From Eledone cirrhosa (Eukaryota), in assembly GCA_964016885.1 (NCBI GenBank), contig OZ024742.1:36456001-36520000 (forward strand): a stretch of DNA of 64,000 nt. The letters are read 5' to 3'. The notes under the pieces were generated by a model. The model was given only the letters and a program-made list of their open reading frames with translations. It was not told the origin of the DNA and searched no databases. Below are positions 19,281 to 34,767 of this stretch, one piece after another. Numbering within the stretch: position 1 is the stretch's first letter; every line of letters starts with the position of its first letter. The position numbers and the translations under genes are program-made.

Positions 19281-19553
19281 TTCAAAATTGGAATAAGTAA
19301 AGGAGATAAAGAGATTTACACTTACTTTCAATACATCCCTATCAATGATTTCGTTTGTAAAAGGCAATTGTTCCTAGAATAAGGTGGTAAAGCACACAAT
19401 CAACAGAGGACGTTCTCGCTAACACGTGATCTTGCTTCCTTTGGAAGAAAATCACTTCTAATGGTCATTTGAAATTATCCCCTATAGTGTGACTGACTAA
19501 AATGTTTTAGGTTTCTCAGACTTATACTCCCGTAAATAAGGCTTTTTGTACTT

Positions 19554-19653
<100 letters not shown>

Positions 19654-19696
19654 TTCAAAATATTAATAAATGAGAAATATTATCAATACCAAAGTA

Positions 19697-19764
19697 TATA
19701 TTTTATTATACATATTTCAAAGGTACAATGGTGTTTCAGTACATTTTTCATCAGATAAAATATA
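19697..19764 (-). ncRNA. Type I hammerhead (family of 12774)
   Basis: tatattttat-CTGATGA-aaaatgtac..gtaccttt-GAAAT-atgt-ATA-ataaaatata. Confidence 0.72.
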
Positions 19765-20194
19765 TAAGAGATTGGTTATACGACATAACCCTAAGGTACT
19801 TGAATCTTCAATCCCTGTAGTGGTAGTAAGTTATTTCACCAACACTCAACATATATATACCATAAATAATATGATAAACTTAGAGAAGAAGACGTAAAGC
19901 AACAAAGAAATATAGAAGGGGTGTTGAAAGGGAAGATGTGGAGAGAAAAGAAGGGAAAATAAAGAAAAGAAGAAAAGGAAAAGGAAAGGAGGGAGTAAAG
20001 GAGAGAATACAAAAACCCGTTGTTTTCAAAGGGTAGACAAAAATTCAAAAATTCAAAATTGTTCATATTATTTATCAGTGAATACAACTTGTATTGGATT
20101 ACGCTTCAGTTAATTATAAGTTTATAATATATCTAGATTATTAGGCAATAGATTAATTTCTACGACAATCGAATATTTAACTTCATTACAAATG

Positions 20195-20242
<48 letters not shown>

Positions 20243-20832
20243 ATATATAACGAAGGAGTTGTGGTAAGGAACCAGATAGACCATAACGCACCAGAGTACT
20301 CAATACTTAGGGTAGTAGAGTGGGTAATAGGAGAAAGTATGACCCTGACGGCAGAGCTCAAGCCGTTTCGACGGTTATTTCTGAACTATTTAGTCCAGAA
20401 ATGCCGTCGAAACGGCATTTCTGGACTAAATAGTCCAGTTGTGTATGGATATATCTCATACATAACTATACATCCCTCCCTATAATTATAATTATAATTA
20501 TAATTATTCCTCTTTGTCTCCCTTTCCTTGATCAATTTTCCTTTGCTCTCTATACATCTTCTACCTATATTTTCCCCTCATATGTTTTCTCTCTGTCTTT
20601 TTTCTTTCCTCTTTCTTCAATAATTATTTGAATCTCTAACAGTTATGTAAATTACTGTTATGTATTTTTAAGCTCTCTTACACGCACCCTCTGTATTATA
20701 TGTATTATATGTAAGTTTTTTTTTTCATGTATCAATCTTAAGGTATATAAATATTGAGTTTTGTCATATCTTACTCACTACCATGACTGAATCTTAACCA
20801 TCTACTATGTCAGGGTATGTCATGCATCATCT

Positions 20833-20899
20833 TATTTTATCTGATGAGGACGTACTGTTGAAGTTAGCTCAGTACCTCTGAAATATGTATAATAAAATA
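20833..20899 (+). ncRNA. Type I hammerhead (family of 12774)
   Basis: tattttat-CTGATGA-ggacgtactg..cagtacctct-GAAAT-atgt-ATA-ataaaata. Confidence 0.75.
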
Positions 20900-21038
20900 T
20901 ACTTCATCACAATGAAGTTCTATTTTTGTTAATATTTTGAATGAATATTAATAACTCCGGAAAGCCAAATCTGTTGAGTGCTTCCAATCTATTGTAAAAC
21001 TAATTCTTCGATTTATTCATTGAACCTTGTTTAACCTT

Positions 21039-21156
<118 letters not shown>

Positions 21157-21972
21157 TAAAAGTAATAACAAGAATAACAAATCCAACGGCACATTTCATG
21201 TAAGAAATATATTAGTTTAACACTTGAAATAGCAGCAAAAGAGTCTTAACGTTTTGGACACCAGTCCTTCGTCAGAAGATAGAGATAAAAATAGGAGATG
21301 AATAGAAAGTAAAGAGTGATGAGAGGAAGGAACGGGAGAGATAATAAGAAAAAAATTAGGGAGAAAAAAAACACACGTGCGTATTCAGTCGGCTATATAT
21401 ATATATATATATATAAATATAACAAAGGAATTGTGGTAAGGAACCAGATGGACCATAACGCACCAGAGTACTCAATACTTAGGGTAGTAGAGTGGGAAAT
21501 AGGAAAAGGTATGACTCCGACGGCAGAGCTCAAGCCGTTTCGACGGCTATTTCTGGACCAGAAATAGCCGTCGAAACGGCTTGAGCTCTGCCGTCGGGGT
21601 CATACTTTTTCATATATATATATATATATAGGAAAGTAAAAAACAAGAACAACACGGGAGTACACAGGCGCATATAAAATATAGATGTTTTCTATTTATA
21701 ATAATCTCTCCGCTGTTTCAAGTTTGATTTTTACTGTTTTATTTCAGGAAGTTGTCTTTAAGCAATCGTGAAGATAACACGCTTCGCTAGAATCTGATGA
21801 CCTAATCATTTGTTTTTTACATTATTACACGTGGGGGGGGGGGGGGGGAGTTCGAGAGAGGAGGAATGGGAGAGAGGGGAGGAGAGGGAGGGGAATAAAG
21901 TATATTTTAGCTTTGATTTGTGTTATTTTTTAATTAATTTTGGTTTGTCCTTTTGCTTTTACTTATTTTTCG

Positions 21973-22074
<102 letters not shown>

Positions 22075-22141
22075 GTATATATATATATTATATATATTAT
22101 ATATATATATTATATATATTATATATATATATATATATATA

Positions 22142-22205
<64 letters not shown>

Positions 22206-22212
22206 TATATAC

Positions 22213-22462
<250 letters not shown>

Positions 22463-22468
22463 TATATA

Positions 22469-22627
<159 letters not shown>

Positions 22628-22732
22628 TGTGTGTGTAGTGTGGTATAGGTGCTGGCCTAGAAAACATGGAAACATGAAAGACTGGAAATCGGTGAAATGA
22701 AAAATGTGAGAAACAAAAGAAATGGAAATAAA

Positions 22733-23060
22733 TGGTGGTGGTGGTGGTGGTGGTGGTAGTCCTGGTGCTGGTGCTGGTGGAGGAGATACTTGCGGTGGTG
22801 GTGGTGGAGGAGACGGTGGTAGTGGTGGTGGTGGTGTTGGTGGTTGTGGTGGTGATGGTAGTAGTGCTGGTGCTAGTGGTGGTGGTGGTGGTGGTGGTGA
22901 TGGTGGTGGTGAAGGTGGTGGTGGTGGTGGTGGTGGCAGTAGTGCTGGTGCTAGTGGAGGAGATGGTGGTGGTGGTGGTGATGGAGGAGGAGGAGGAGAC
23001 GGTGGTGGTGGTGGTGGTGGTGGTAGTGCTGATGCTAGTGGAAGAGATGGTGGTGGTGGT
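22733..23060. repeat. Degenerate (GGT)n trinucleotide repeat
   Basis: Long ggt run with gtagtgctggtgct and ggaggaga variants. Confidence 0.9.
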
Positions 23061-23245
23061 GCGTCTTATATATAGTTTCACGGGAAAAGGAAAGGTACTG
23101 TTGGTTGGAACTGTTGATTCTACGCATACACACTTAAATATACAGTATGTATATATATGTAAAAGGTAAACAGAAATAACAACACAATCAGTACAGTATA
23201 AGGAAGGAATATTTTAGGTTAACACTTGAAATAGCAGAAAGAGGG

Positions 23246-23281
23246 TCTTAACGTTTCGGACGCTAGTCCTTCATCAGAAGA
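23246..23281 (-). ncRNA. Minimal hammerhead (mutated sister copy at 21244-21279)
   Basis: tctt-CTGATGA-aggac-tagc-gtcc-GAAAC-GTT-aaga; AACGTT palindrome replaces stem III. Confidence 0.78.
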
Positions 23282-23361
23282 AAGAATGAGAAATAAGATA
23301 GATTGAGGAGACGGGCGGGTTGGAATTGGAAAAAATGTCTTTAGATAAAAATAACAGGTCC

Positions 23362-23522
<161 letters not shown>

Positions 23523-23623
23523 GTGTATATATATATCCGTGCTTTATTGACAAGTGTGAGAAAAGATACTCAGTACCGAAGAAGCGTTTAAATATTCATT
23601 TATTATGGCCCAAGCAGTGTGCC

Positions 23624-23670
23624 TTGTTACTCTTGAGTTTCACATGCGCCCCTGCAGGATCATCAGACAA
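23624..23670 (-). ncRNA. Type I hammerhead with short stem III
   Basis: ttgt-CTGATGA-tcctgc..gcatgt-GAAAC-tc-aa-ga-GTA-acaa. Confidence 0.7.
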
Positions 23671-24238
23671 TATATTGTGTATGCATATAGGCAGAGGCAT
23701 GACCGATTATTGAGTTTAAATCGCAGTTACATAATTTAGAAGACACCTATGCAGGTGTTAATCGACTCCGGTTAATCGATGCCTTGTCGTATATATATAT
23801 CTGATCTGTCTACCCCCACCTCCACCCCGTCCGACGGGCAGATCTCTCACCCACTTTCTGGTGGGTGAGAGGTCTTCTCTTGTGAAAATGCGTATAGCTT
23901 TTATTATGTAAAAGGTCCCCATTTTCCTCAAATTTTCCCGTTTTGGGGCACTTCTTTTCATGGTACTCCCGTTTGGGTTTTTAGAGGTTGGCAGGTCTGA
24001 TACATACATACATACATACATACATACATACATACAACTCAAATCATACACATCCACACATACAATAACATCCATACCTACACATGCATGCAGACATGCA
24101 TACATATCTACCTAGTTGATGTGTAAATTCCAATGAGAGAGTCTTGTAACTATGTCAGAAACCGATACTCCCTCTATTGGCAAAAATTTGTGAAATCATA
24201 AAACCAGAAGAGCATATATTCTTATATACATGCATACA

Positions 24239-24910
<672 letters not shown>

Positions 24911-25076
24911 CGGAGGAGTTGTGGTAAGGAACCAGATGGACCAAAACACACCAGAGTACTCAATACTTAGGGTAGTAGAGTTGGTAATAGGAAAAAGTAT
25001 GATCCCGACTGCAGAGCTCAAGCCGTTTCGACGGCTTACTTGCCGTCGCGGTCATACTTTTTCCTATATATATATA

Positions 25077-25137
<61 letters not shown>

Positions 25138-26366
25138 CCAATTCAATCCAGGGCCATCTCATTCCTGTGGGAAGAACCCCTCCCTGGTTGATCTCCACCG
25201 CTTTCTGTTTTGTTTTGGTCCAATCAAATAAAGAGACGAAGCTTATCGAATAGAATGGAACACAGTTTCGGTCGTTACGTCACTCCCTCAATAATCTAAT
25301 TAAGCCCATTTTGTTAAAATTCAAACCCAACTGATTAGAATGTACAAATACGTTAATCAGTGAGGAAGGCGACTTCATGTGGGTAGGAAAATTGAAATAC
25401 TCGGACCGATGCATCAGTTTCTACGATTCTGATCTACTGGCAGCATTTCGCATGGAACAACTACGTGCAGAAAATTAGGTAATGTTAATATACATTATGT
25501 AATTTGGTGCGGAACAACGTCGTCAGCGGGAGTGCGCCCCCTTGTAATGGAAAGCTCCATGTGGCATGTTATACATCCCATTGCTGGTAGCAAGTGAATG
25601 TTTTCAACTTCTAGTGACGTCACATCAAGCCAGGCCTGGCCATTTACAAAGAACAAAACTTTGTAATTAATTCAAATTATTCCTTATATATATATAATTG
25701 TTTCTACTTTTTGGCACAAGGCCAGCAATTACCCAGTGCATTACTGGTACTTTATTTTATCGACCCCGTAAGGATGAAAGTTAACCACGGCGGGACTTGA
25801 ACTCAGAATGACAAGGGCCGTAACTCTATGCGTCAAAGCATGGCGTCCGACCCTCTGCCGATACTGCCAATCCACCGCGCTATAATGAATAAAAAATATA
25901 TGGGCGAAGACAGGAAATCGAACGAAACACAAACAGTCACATCTCATCAGTCTATCACAAGAGATACATTGTTTCAGTACTTTAAGATCGATTCAACTGG
26001 GTCCCGTACAGAAGGACAAAATGGACAAAAGACTATATATATTTAGCCTGAGAAAATATCTATATGCGTGTGTAATTTATACAAGCATATATTTATTTTT
26101 TTATTTTCAATTGAGTTCTTAACACGTTGGATTGATAATGTTTTCAAAAAAACTAATTAACCCGCGTGTATATTATTATTTTTTTCTTCATTTCGTGGAT
26201 CGTGGGTTGTCTCCCCTTCCCGCTTCGTGTCGCTATGATACTTCCTCAGTCAAAAACTGCTGGAATTTCAAATTTGGCGGTCATTCGAGGCGAGAGGGAG
26301 CGACTTTACAGACACGATTTTTGACAGCGGTAAGAAATTATTTTCTTATATCAAAGTTTAACGGGC

Positions 26367-26489
26367 TTCCACTGATGATTTATAAGTGCCCACCTAAATA
26401 TATTCTTACATGAATATATTAGGCTTCTACATAAACTGGAAATATTCTCCCAACTTGTAGAAAACTTATAATGAAACAATTGTTTGGAA
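26367..26489 (+). ncRNA. Hammerhead with ~80-nt branched stem II insert, within a ~330-bp repeat also at 57640-57960(-)
   Basis: ttcca-CTGATGA-tttataag...cttataat-GAAAC-aatt-GTT-tggaa; internal hairpin ttctaca...tgtagaa. Confidence 0.68.
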
Positions 26490-26671
26490 AGAGAGATATA
26501 CTTTAACTTTAATTATATCTCATAAAATAATACAACTGGATTTTCCACATTATACATATTGTTAGCACCCCAAACACTTAAATTGGGTTTATATTTAAAT
26601 ATAATCTAATGTTTGTTGAGTGAGATGGTTACTAGTCAGATTTTAGCTTTAAACTATCTCTGTTATTGTAT

Positions 26672-26766
<95 letters not shown>

Positions 26767-26768
<2 letters not shown>

Positions 26769-27490
26769 TTAATATGCATAAGGTAAGTATATACGTTCAA
26801 CAATCTGGCAGGAAGGTATACGTTGCTGACGATAGCTAGTAGGCTTGAAACAAGTGCAGCGTTCCTTTGTCGGTGTTGAGCAGGCGAGCAACGATGGTTG
26901 CTAGACACTACGGCTTAATACGGGATGTTTGTTTACAAACACACCGGGAATTGTAATAAATGTTCGGTGAATCCATACGTACATATATATATGTGTGCAT
27001 GCATGTATATATACATACTACTGTACGTCTGTATACATATATGTATGTACGTGTACATACTTATATTTAAGTAACAGCCGTGCTGAGAGTGGGAAATGAA
27101 ATTTCGTTTCATTTTTTCCGTTTATCGTTTTCGGTGCACCCTGCCGATTAACCCACTCGATATGCAAATTGGGCTACTCAGCCGTTAATATGCATAAGGT
27201 AAGTATATACGTTCAACAATCTGGCAGGAAGGTATACGTTGCTGACGATAGCTAGTAGGCTTGAAACTAGTGCAGCGTTCCTTTGTCGGTGTTGAGCAGG
27301 CGAGCAACGATGGTTGCTAGACACTACGGCTTAATACGGGATATTTGTTTACAAACACACCGGGCATTGTAATAAATGTTCGGTGAATCCATACGTACAT
27401 ATATATATGTGTGCATGTATGTATATATATATACATACTACTGTACATCTGTATACATATATGTATGTACGTGTACATACTTATATATAT
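26767..27490 (+). mobile_element. Retrozyme-like non-coding unit B (416-bp period, ~1.7 copies) with hammerhead-like motifs at 26820-26862 and 27236-27278
   Basis: Direct partial tandem in (TA)n. acgttg-CTGACGA-tagc..gctt-GAAAC-ta-GTG-cagcgt inside an extended helix. Octamer ATGCAAAT at 27162-27169. Confidence 0.75.
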
Positions 27491-27527
27491 TTATATATAT
27501 ATATACATGTATGTATATATATATGTA

Positions 27528-27629
<102 letters not shown>

Positions 27630-28143
27630 CAGTATATATATACATATATATATAGATCGACGTGCTGATCAATAACCCCAATGTAAATGCACTAAAATTT
27701 CCGGAACAGAGGAAGATAACTCACAAGTATCATTATTGGTACACCAACTTAGATATCTTGTACCAAAAACATATAAAACATATAATAAGCTAGAACGATT
27801 AAATATTACTTTATATTAGCAATATACAATTCTACTACATGCCTAGACAGCCATTGATTCTGGTTCTGAAAAAAACGCTATAATTACCACAATTAAATGG
27901 ATTATTAGCACGCCAACATAAGAACATTCGTCAGTGGGACTATCTCAATCAATGGATTTATCAACCAAATATACACGATATCAACTTCCCATGATTAAGT
28001 GTGAGACAGGACCTAAACACGTGTTGCTTGTCAGTTGACATACCATGGACTGCCTCAGCTTTTGCTAGTGGAAAGCAGGGGACATGCTAAATATAGCACC
28101 GTACCAATCGTAAAGCACTCAACTAATGTTTTTGAAAATGGGA

Positions 28144-28194
<51 letters not shown>

Positions 28195-28201
<7 letters not shown>

Positions 28202-28913
28202 AATTTATATCTAGTAACATTTATATACACACAGATGCATATCAATGCTAGCAAATATATAGGTTTTGTCTTATTAACAATGTGGTTCAATGCATGGGGT
28301 TGCAGAACAATAATATGAGAGACGTAAAATAAGAAAGTTATAAAATTAACTTACTTACTAAAAAAATCACTTCCAACTAATTAGTTTCTGGAATGGAGTA
28401 AATATATTTTCCGAAGAAACATATAGAAAATCATTCCGTCATCAGGAAAGTCTTTTTCCGTATAGGTCTCCAGGCATAGTGAGGACACTGGAAACTTATT
28501 AAAAAAATAATTCAGTGGAATGGAAATAGCAAAGCGTGGACTGGATTCCAAGCCATTGAGAAAATCACTGCCTCCTCGTCTGTGGCAAATTCAAAAAGAA
28601 TCAATCACGTGACATCGAGGTCAATCAGTGGAAAGCGAGTAGTTATTAAGACGGCGGCCAGCTTACTGCCATAGTAGCAGTCATGGCCAAATATTGCTCG
28701 ACAAATGAATTGGAGATAATTATAAGGAATTTATATCTAGTAACATTTATATACACACAGATGCATATCAATGCTAGCAAATATATAGGTTTTGTCTTAT
28801 TAACAATGTGGTTCAATGTATGGGGTTGCAGAACAATAATATGAGAGACGTAAAATAAGAAAATTATAAAATTAACTTACTTACTAAAAAATCACTTCCA
28901 ACTATCCAGAAAC

Positions 28914-28918
<5 letters not shown>
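28195..28918 (-). mobile_element. Retrozyme-like/PLE-derived unit C (526-bp period, ~1.35 copies) with hammerhead 28370-28450
   Basis: 28195-28380 is repeated at 28721-28903; flanked by (TA)n. Minus strand: tttc-CTGATGA-cggaatg...cattcca-GAAAC-taatta-GTT-ggaa. Confidence 0.7.
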
Positions 28919-28945
<27 letters not shown>

Positions 28946-28949
<4 letters not shown>

Positions 28950-29373
28950 GAGAGTAAAACAAAGAATCCTTTAATACATCAAAAGTTTTTATTAGCCGAC
29001 AATGTTTCGTCCCATTAAGGACTCATCAGGGCAATCAAAACAACAAGAAGTAATATCGGCAGATACAAGCCGGAAGCTCCGAAGAATATGGAGTGTACAT
29101 ACACTAAAGTCTTGCAAAAATATATAATAAAAATAAAAATAAAAATAATAAAAATATATAATAAGAATAACTAAGGATGTATATAACATTAAGAACCATA
29201 TTACAAATATAGTTCAAAGCAACTAACCTAAAGCTAAACAAATGTGGTTATATAGAGCAGGAATTATATATAACACAATGTAATATAACATAATACATTA
29301 TAATAATATACCTTTACCAACATTAAAATTACAATTAAAAATCAAAAGGTACAATATATACATGTATATATGT

Positions 29374-29412
<39 letters not shown>

Positions 29413-29953
29413 ACAATACGCACATCTATGTTCAACTACACCAATTAAGCCTTATTAGAAGTTTGAATATAAAAATAAGCATGATAAGAGTGAAAATAAT
29501 ACCAATACATCTACCCAATATACATGAGGCAATAATATGATATAATTACAAGAGACACATATAATAAATAATAAACAATAACATTATATAATTCAATATA
29601 ATATATTATGTTATATTACATTGTGTTATATATAATTCCTGCTCTATATAACCACATTTGTTTAGCTTTAGGTTAGTTGCTTTGAACTATATTTGTAATA
29701 TGGTTCTTAATGTTATATACATCCTTAGTTATTCTTATTATATATTTTTATTATTTTTATTTTTATTTTTATTATATATTTTTGCAAGACTTTAGTGTAT
29801 GTACACTCCATATTCTTCGGAGCTTCCGGCTTGTATCTGCCGATATTACTTCTTGTTGTTTTGATTGCTCTGATGAGTCATTAATGGGACGAAACATTGT
29901 CGGCTAATAAAAACTTTTGATGTATTAAAGGATTCTTTGTTTTACTCTCTTAA
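28946..29953. mobile_element. Inverted pLTR-like pair, each arm with a canonical GUC hammerhead (28993-29034 -, 29865-29907 +)
   Basis: ~350-bp near-identical inverted arms. gcc-CTGATGA-gtcc-ttaat-gggac-GAAAC-att-GTC-ggc. Confidence 0.85.
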
Positions 29954-30051
29954 TTTTTTGGCTCTGTTTAACTGCATTGAGCTATACCTTTTACTGTCAT
30001 TTCTATAATACGAAGAGGGTGTTTAACTCCAACACGCTCCAGTATTTTAAT

Positions 30052-30096
<45 letters not shown>

Positions 30097-30104
30097 TACA
30101 TACA

Positions 30105-30354
30105 TATAAAAATGTAAGTCCAAAGAATCATTAGATAAAATATATACAGTATTTCCTCTCCCAATCAGTATAAATTAACCACACAAAAAATCATTTAAAC
30201 GAGAATCTGTATCATTTATCTATTATTTCTTCATAAGTACATTTTAAACTTATAGCCTCGTTTAAATGATTTTTTGTGTGGTTAATTTATACTGATTTGG
30301 AGAGGAAATACTGTATATATTTTATCTAATGATTCTTTGGACTTACATTTTTAT
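30105..30354. repeat. Inverted repeat, ~98-bp arms, next to (TA)n
   Basis: 30105-30203 mirrors 30257-30354. Confidence 0.85.
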
Positions 30355-30470
30355 AAATTTCTCTGATAAATAATTATTTAATTAATTCTTCATTGAGCCA
30401 CACCGTGAATGGTTGCCAAACGCATAAATGTATTTGTGACTTTGTCTAATTTATATATATATACCCTTTG

Positions 30471-30528
<58 letters not shown>

Positions 30529-30574
30529 ATATCATAAGTATTTATTAACATGTATATATTTATGTGTGTGTATG

Positions 30575-30638
<64 letters not shown>

Positions 30639-31092
30639 GAATATCTATCGATCAGGTCCAGGTTCGTTTATAACCTGTTTGTATTTTTCGTTGTTATGGC
30701 GACTTTTGTGGCAATTCTTATCCGGCCACGATTTTCAATATGTCACAACTTTAACGCAAGTTTATTATTCTGAGCAATTTATCGATTTATTGATATCATC
30801 TGATTGAGTGCTTGTGCCAGCTTCTGAGGATTGTTTTCGAAAGATTCTAATCATAGCTGCAACTTCGTTTTTACTCAATATCAGTATTATATATATATAT
30901 ATGAAAAGATATGACCCCGACGGCAGAGCTCAAGCTTTTTCGACTGCTATTTCTGGACTCAGAAATAGCCGTCGAAACGGCTTGAGCTCTGCCGTCGGGG
31001 TCACAACTTTTCCTATTTCCCACTCTACTACCCTAAGTATTGAGTACTCTGGTGCGTTATGGTCCATCTGGTTCCTTACCACAATTCCTTCG

Positions 31093-31220
<128 letters not shown>

Positions 31221-31587
31221 CGGCAATGTATTTGTTTTGCAAGATTTCCTATATGAAATCGTGTGTTATATTTGGGGAATATCATGTTGTCCTAATATAC
31301 TTTTATGTTTCTAAAAATAATTTAGCTGGCAGTCATTATATATCATTGATTGACTAACAGTTAAAAGTATAAATACAAATATAAGTATAATATAAATATA
31401 ATAATCAATGATAAACATTGATTGCCAGCTAAATTATTTATAGAAATATAAAAATATACTGAAGCGAAAACCAAACCAAACAGTGAGTGTGTTTTACTAT
31501 TTTTTGGCAATATTAGGACAACATGACTCTCCACAAATTTAACAATATATATATAGAGAGAGAGAGAGACAGAGAGAGAAAGAGAGC

Positions 31588-31719
<132 letters not shown>

Positions 31720-31869
31720 ACTGGAAGGTAATATCCGTAGTGGTAGAGCACTAATATCCGCAATGGTAGAGTTTGGTCCGAGCTGAAGATCTGAGTTTGG
31801 TCCAAGCTGGCAATATATTGTATGTTTAATTAAAAACATTTTGAAGACTATTCGCTATGAGTTTTAAAG

Positions 31870-31986
31870 TAGTAACTATGGCACTTACTTATTCTCGGCA
31901 AAAGCAAAGGTAAGTGATCGACAGTCTGTTTCTCGCTTGTTAGCATTTATCAAGACTACACAGTTCCTTGCCTCTGCCGAGAATTA
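31870..31986 (-). ncRNA. Degenerate hammerhead closed by long helix
   Basis: attctcggca...tgccgagaat outer stem; minus-strand core TTGATAA-..gct..agc..-GAAAC-agact-GTC. Confidence 0.45.
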
Positions 31987-32696
31987 TATTTATATATATA
32001 ATTCAGGATGGATTCAGCTTGAAAGTAGTTAGACTATTACCTAACAGAGTACTCTATACTAGGAGTAGTTGAGTATGGTTATATTATAAAGTGTTGAGAC
32101 CCGACGGCTGGGCTCTTGCCGTTTCAACACCAACTTCCAGACTCAGCAAGAGCTCAGCCGTCGGGTCCCGATTCTTTATGGTAAATATATATATAGTAAT
32201 AATAAATACAATGATCCCGTTTAGGATGAAAGCAGAAATGTTTGCCTAAACTTATAATCGGTACTAATAATAAATGTGTGTGTGTGTGTGTGTGTGTGTG
32301 TACATATTGTTTGTGTGATAAGTATATGGTATATTATGCTGTAAGTAGATCCACCAATAACGATGTGAAACTGGATTGGCAGTATCGGTAGAGGGTCGGA
32401 CGCCATGCTTTGCAGTATAGAGTTACAGCCCTTTATGATCTGAGTTCAAATCCCGCCGAGGTTAACTTTGCCTTTCATCCTTACGGGGTCGATGAAATAA
32501 AGTACCAGTAATGCACTGAGTAATTGCTGGCCTTGTGCCAAAAGTAGAAACAACAGCAACCATTAAGCACTGTAGTCGATATGTGAATAGGTTTCATTCA
32601 TGCCTCTCCCAACCTACTTTTATTAGTATTACAACAGAAACTGTTTCCACTGAGGATTGTCCTCAATTCAGCAGAACCACCCTCTCTCTCTCTCTA

Positions 32697-32751
<55 letters not shown>

Positions 32752-32801
32752 GCTGTCTCTCAGTCTATCTCTCAGTCTACCTATCTATCCTTATTTAAAC
32801 A

Positions 32802-34324
32802 CAACTCGGCACGTGGAGGGGCAGACCGATGCCCTCCGATGGCGTCGTCGGACGCTGGACGGAGGGCCCGGTGAAGTTGCTCGGGGTCTGGTTCGGACCG
32901 GACCTCCAGGTGGAGAAAAACTGGGCGGAGGTTACGAACAGGGTGTTTGCACTGACCCAGAAGTGGGCCAGTTGCAAACTATCCCTGAAAGGTCGGGCGG
33001 AGGTGGCGAACACCTACATAGCGTCCGTCATCTACTACCGCCTGACCGTAGTGCCCTGCCCAAGGGAAACGCTCACCAAGATGGAGCGCGCGCTCTTCCA
33101 ATTCCTTTGGAAGAGGCGGGCTCCTATGGTGAGGAGATCCATCTGCTGTCAACACCCTTCGAAAGGAGGGCTGGGGATGCCGTGGCTAATGATGCGTAAA
33201 CACGCATTAAGGCTACGGCACCTCTACGTATTCCTCACCGGACAACCGGTGTGGGCCTCGTTTGTGAGACGAACCTTTCCCAGACTCGTCTCACTCACCG
33301 AGCTGCAATCCTGGGTCAAGCAAAGACCGAGAAAACTGGGCGCCTGGCACACTGAGTGTGCCCAGGCGCTCACCGCCCTCTGGCAGGCGGATCCGGTTAT
33401 CAGTGGAGACTCCACCGCAACATTCTATAGAGGGCTGGTGCGCAGCAGGTGCGACGACGCCCTCGGAGAAGCCCTAGACATGGAGGAGGACGAACTGGCC
33501 AGCCTGTTCGGTAGGACATTCAGCCGGGGACCTATGGACAACTTCCAGAAGTCCCTGGCCTGGCAGTGCTACCGAGGGGCTTTACCCGTTCGAGAAAAGC
33601 TCTACAGACACGGGCGCCCGGGTAGGGACCCCGCCAAAAAGATCTGTCCCAGATGCGTGTGCGACGAGGAAACCGTTGCACACGCATTAGTACACTGCTC
33701 GGGCGTAGCCGATCTGTGGGGCTATGTCGAACAACTGCTGTCAAGGGTGGGACCGATCCGGTTGACCACCGAGTCTATTGTAATGATCAAGCCGCCTCCC
33801 CCCTTCAAAGATGAAGCAGAGGCGGTGTTTCTGTGCGTAATAGCCATGGCGAAAGAGGTTGTATGGTGGACGCGTCTGAAAGGACTGAGGTCGGGCACCT
33901 TTCTCTCTGGCCAACAACTGGTCCGTTTCTTCCGATATCATTTCGGAAGAAGGATCAGGATGGAGAGAGAGGTGCTGCACCCCAGCCGTTTCTATGAAAG
34001 ATGGGTGAAAGTGGCGAGAATGGCCCGTGTGAATGGGCCTTCACTCTACATCAGACTATAGGTGAGGAAGATGAAAGACCAAGGGAGCACCCCTTCTCTG
34101 TGCTCCTGAGGAGAAGGGTTGCACACCTTTTTCGGGGGTGTGTGCGACCCCCCAAGGCGCCTCCTCTCTATTGAGGATTTTGTTAAAAATTTATTTTTTG
34201 TTATATCTTATTTTATTTTTATATTTTGTTATTGCCTCCTCCTTATTGAGGACGCCTTTTTGTGTAAACTCCCCCCTTTGTACTTGTCCCACTTTTGATG
34301 CCCTAGTGGCAAATAAAAGAAATA
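32802..34324 (+). mobile_element. 5'-truncated L1/Tx1-clade LINE with 18-bp TSD
   Basis: ORF 32829..34061 (VKLLGVWFG, LSLKGRAEVAN, KGGLG, CPRC..EETVAHALVHC). TSD tatccttatttaaacaca at 32786-32803 and 34325-34342. Nearly identical to 51897-53420(-). Confidence 0.92.
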
Positions 34325-34726
34325 TATCCTTATTTAAACACAGACATACACTCTCTCTTTTTCTCTCTATATATCTATATATCTCTACCTCTATCTTTCT
34401 TTATCCCATTAAACTCTTTATCTCTCTCTCTCACTCTGTCTCTCTATCTATCTCTTCCCCCTCTCTCTCTCTCTCTCTCTCTCTCCGTCTTTCTCTCTCT
34501 CTTTCTCTCTCTCTCTTGTTCTTCCCCCTCTCTCTTTCTCTTGCTCTTCCCCCCCCCCTCTCTCTCTTGCTCTTCCTCCGCTCTCTCACCCTCATAAACA
34601 GACGTTACTCTTTTTTATCCTCCTCCCGCTGATTCTTCTCCTCCGCCCTCGACTCTTCCGTTCTTTCATCTCTCTTTATCTACCCCACTCATCTTCTCCA
34701 ATTTCTCCCCCAGTCCCCTTTTTTGA

Positions 34727-34767
<41 letters not shown>

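Noticed and set aside
22722-23169. Gly-rich, Val-rich or Thr-rich ORFs resembling structural proteins or mucins
   Set aside because: Degenerate (GGT)n repeat open in several frames on both strands; no splice or domain support.
23960-24000. hAT-like terminus (cagacctgccaacc on minus strand)
   Set aside because: No matching second TIR or TSD found, so not called.
32625-32665. GAAAC..CTGAGGA permuted hammerhead
   Set aside because: No stem I can form.
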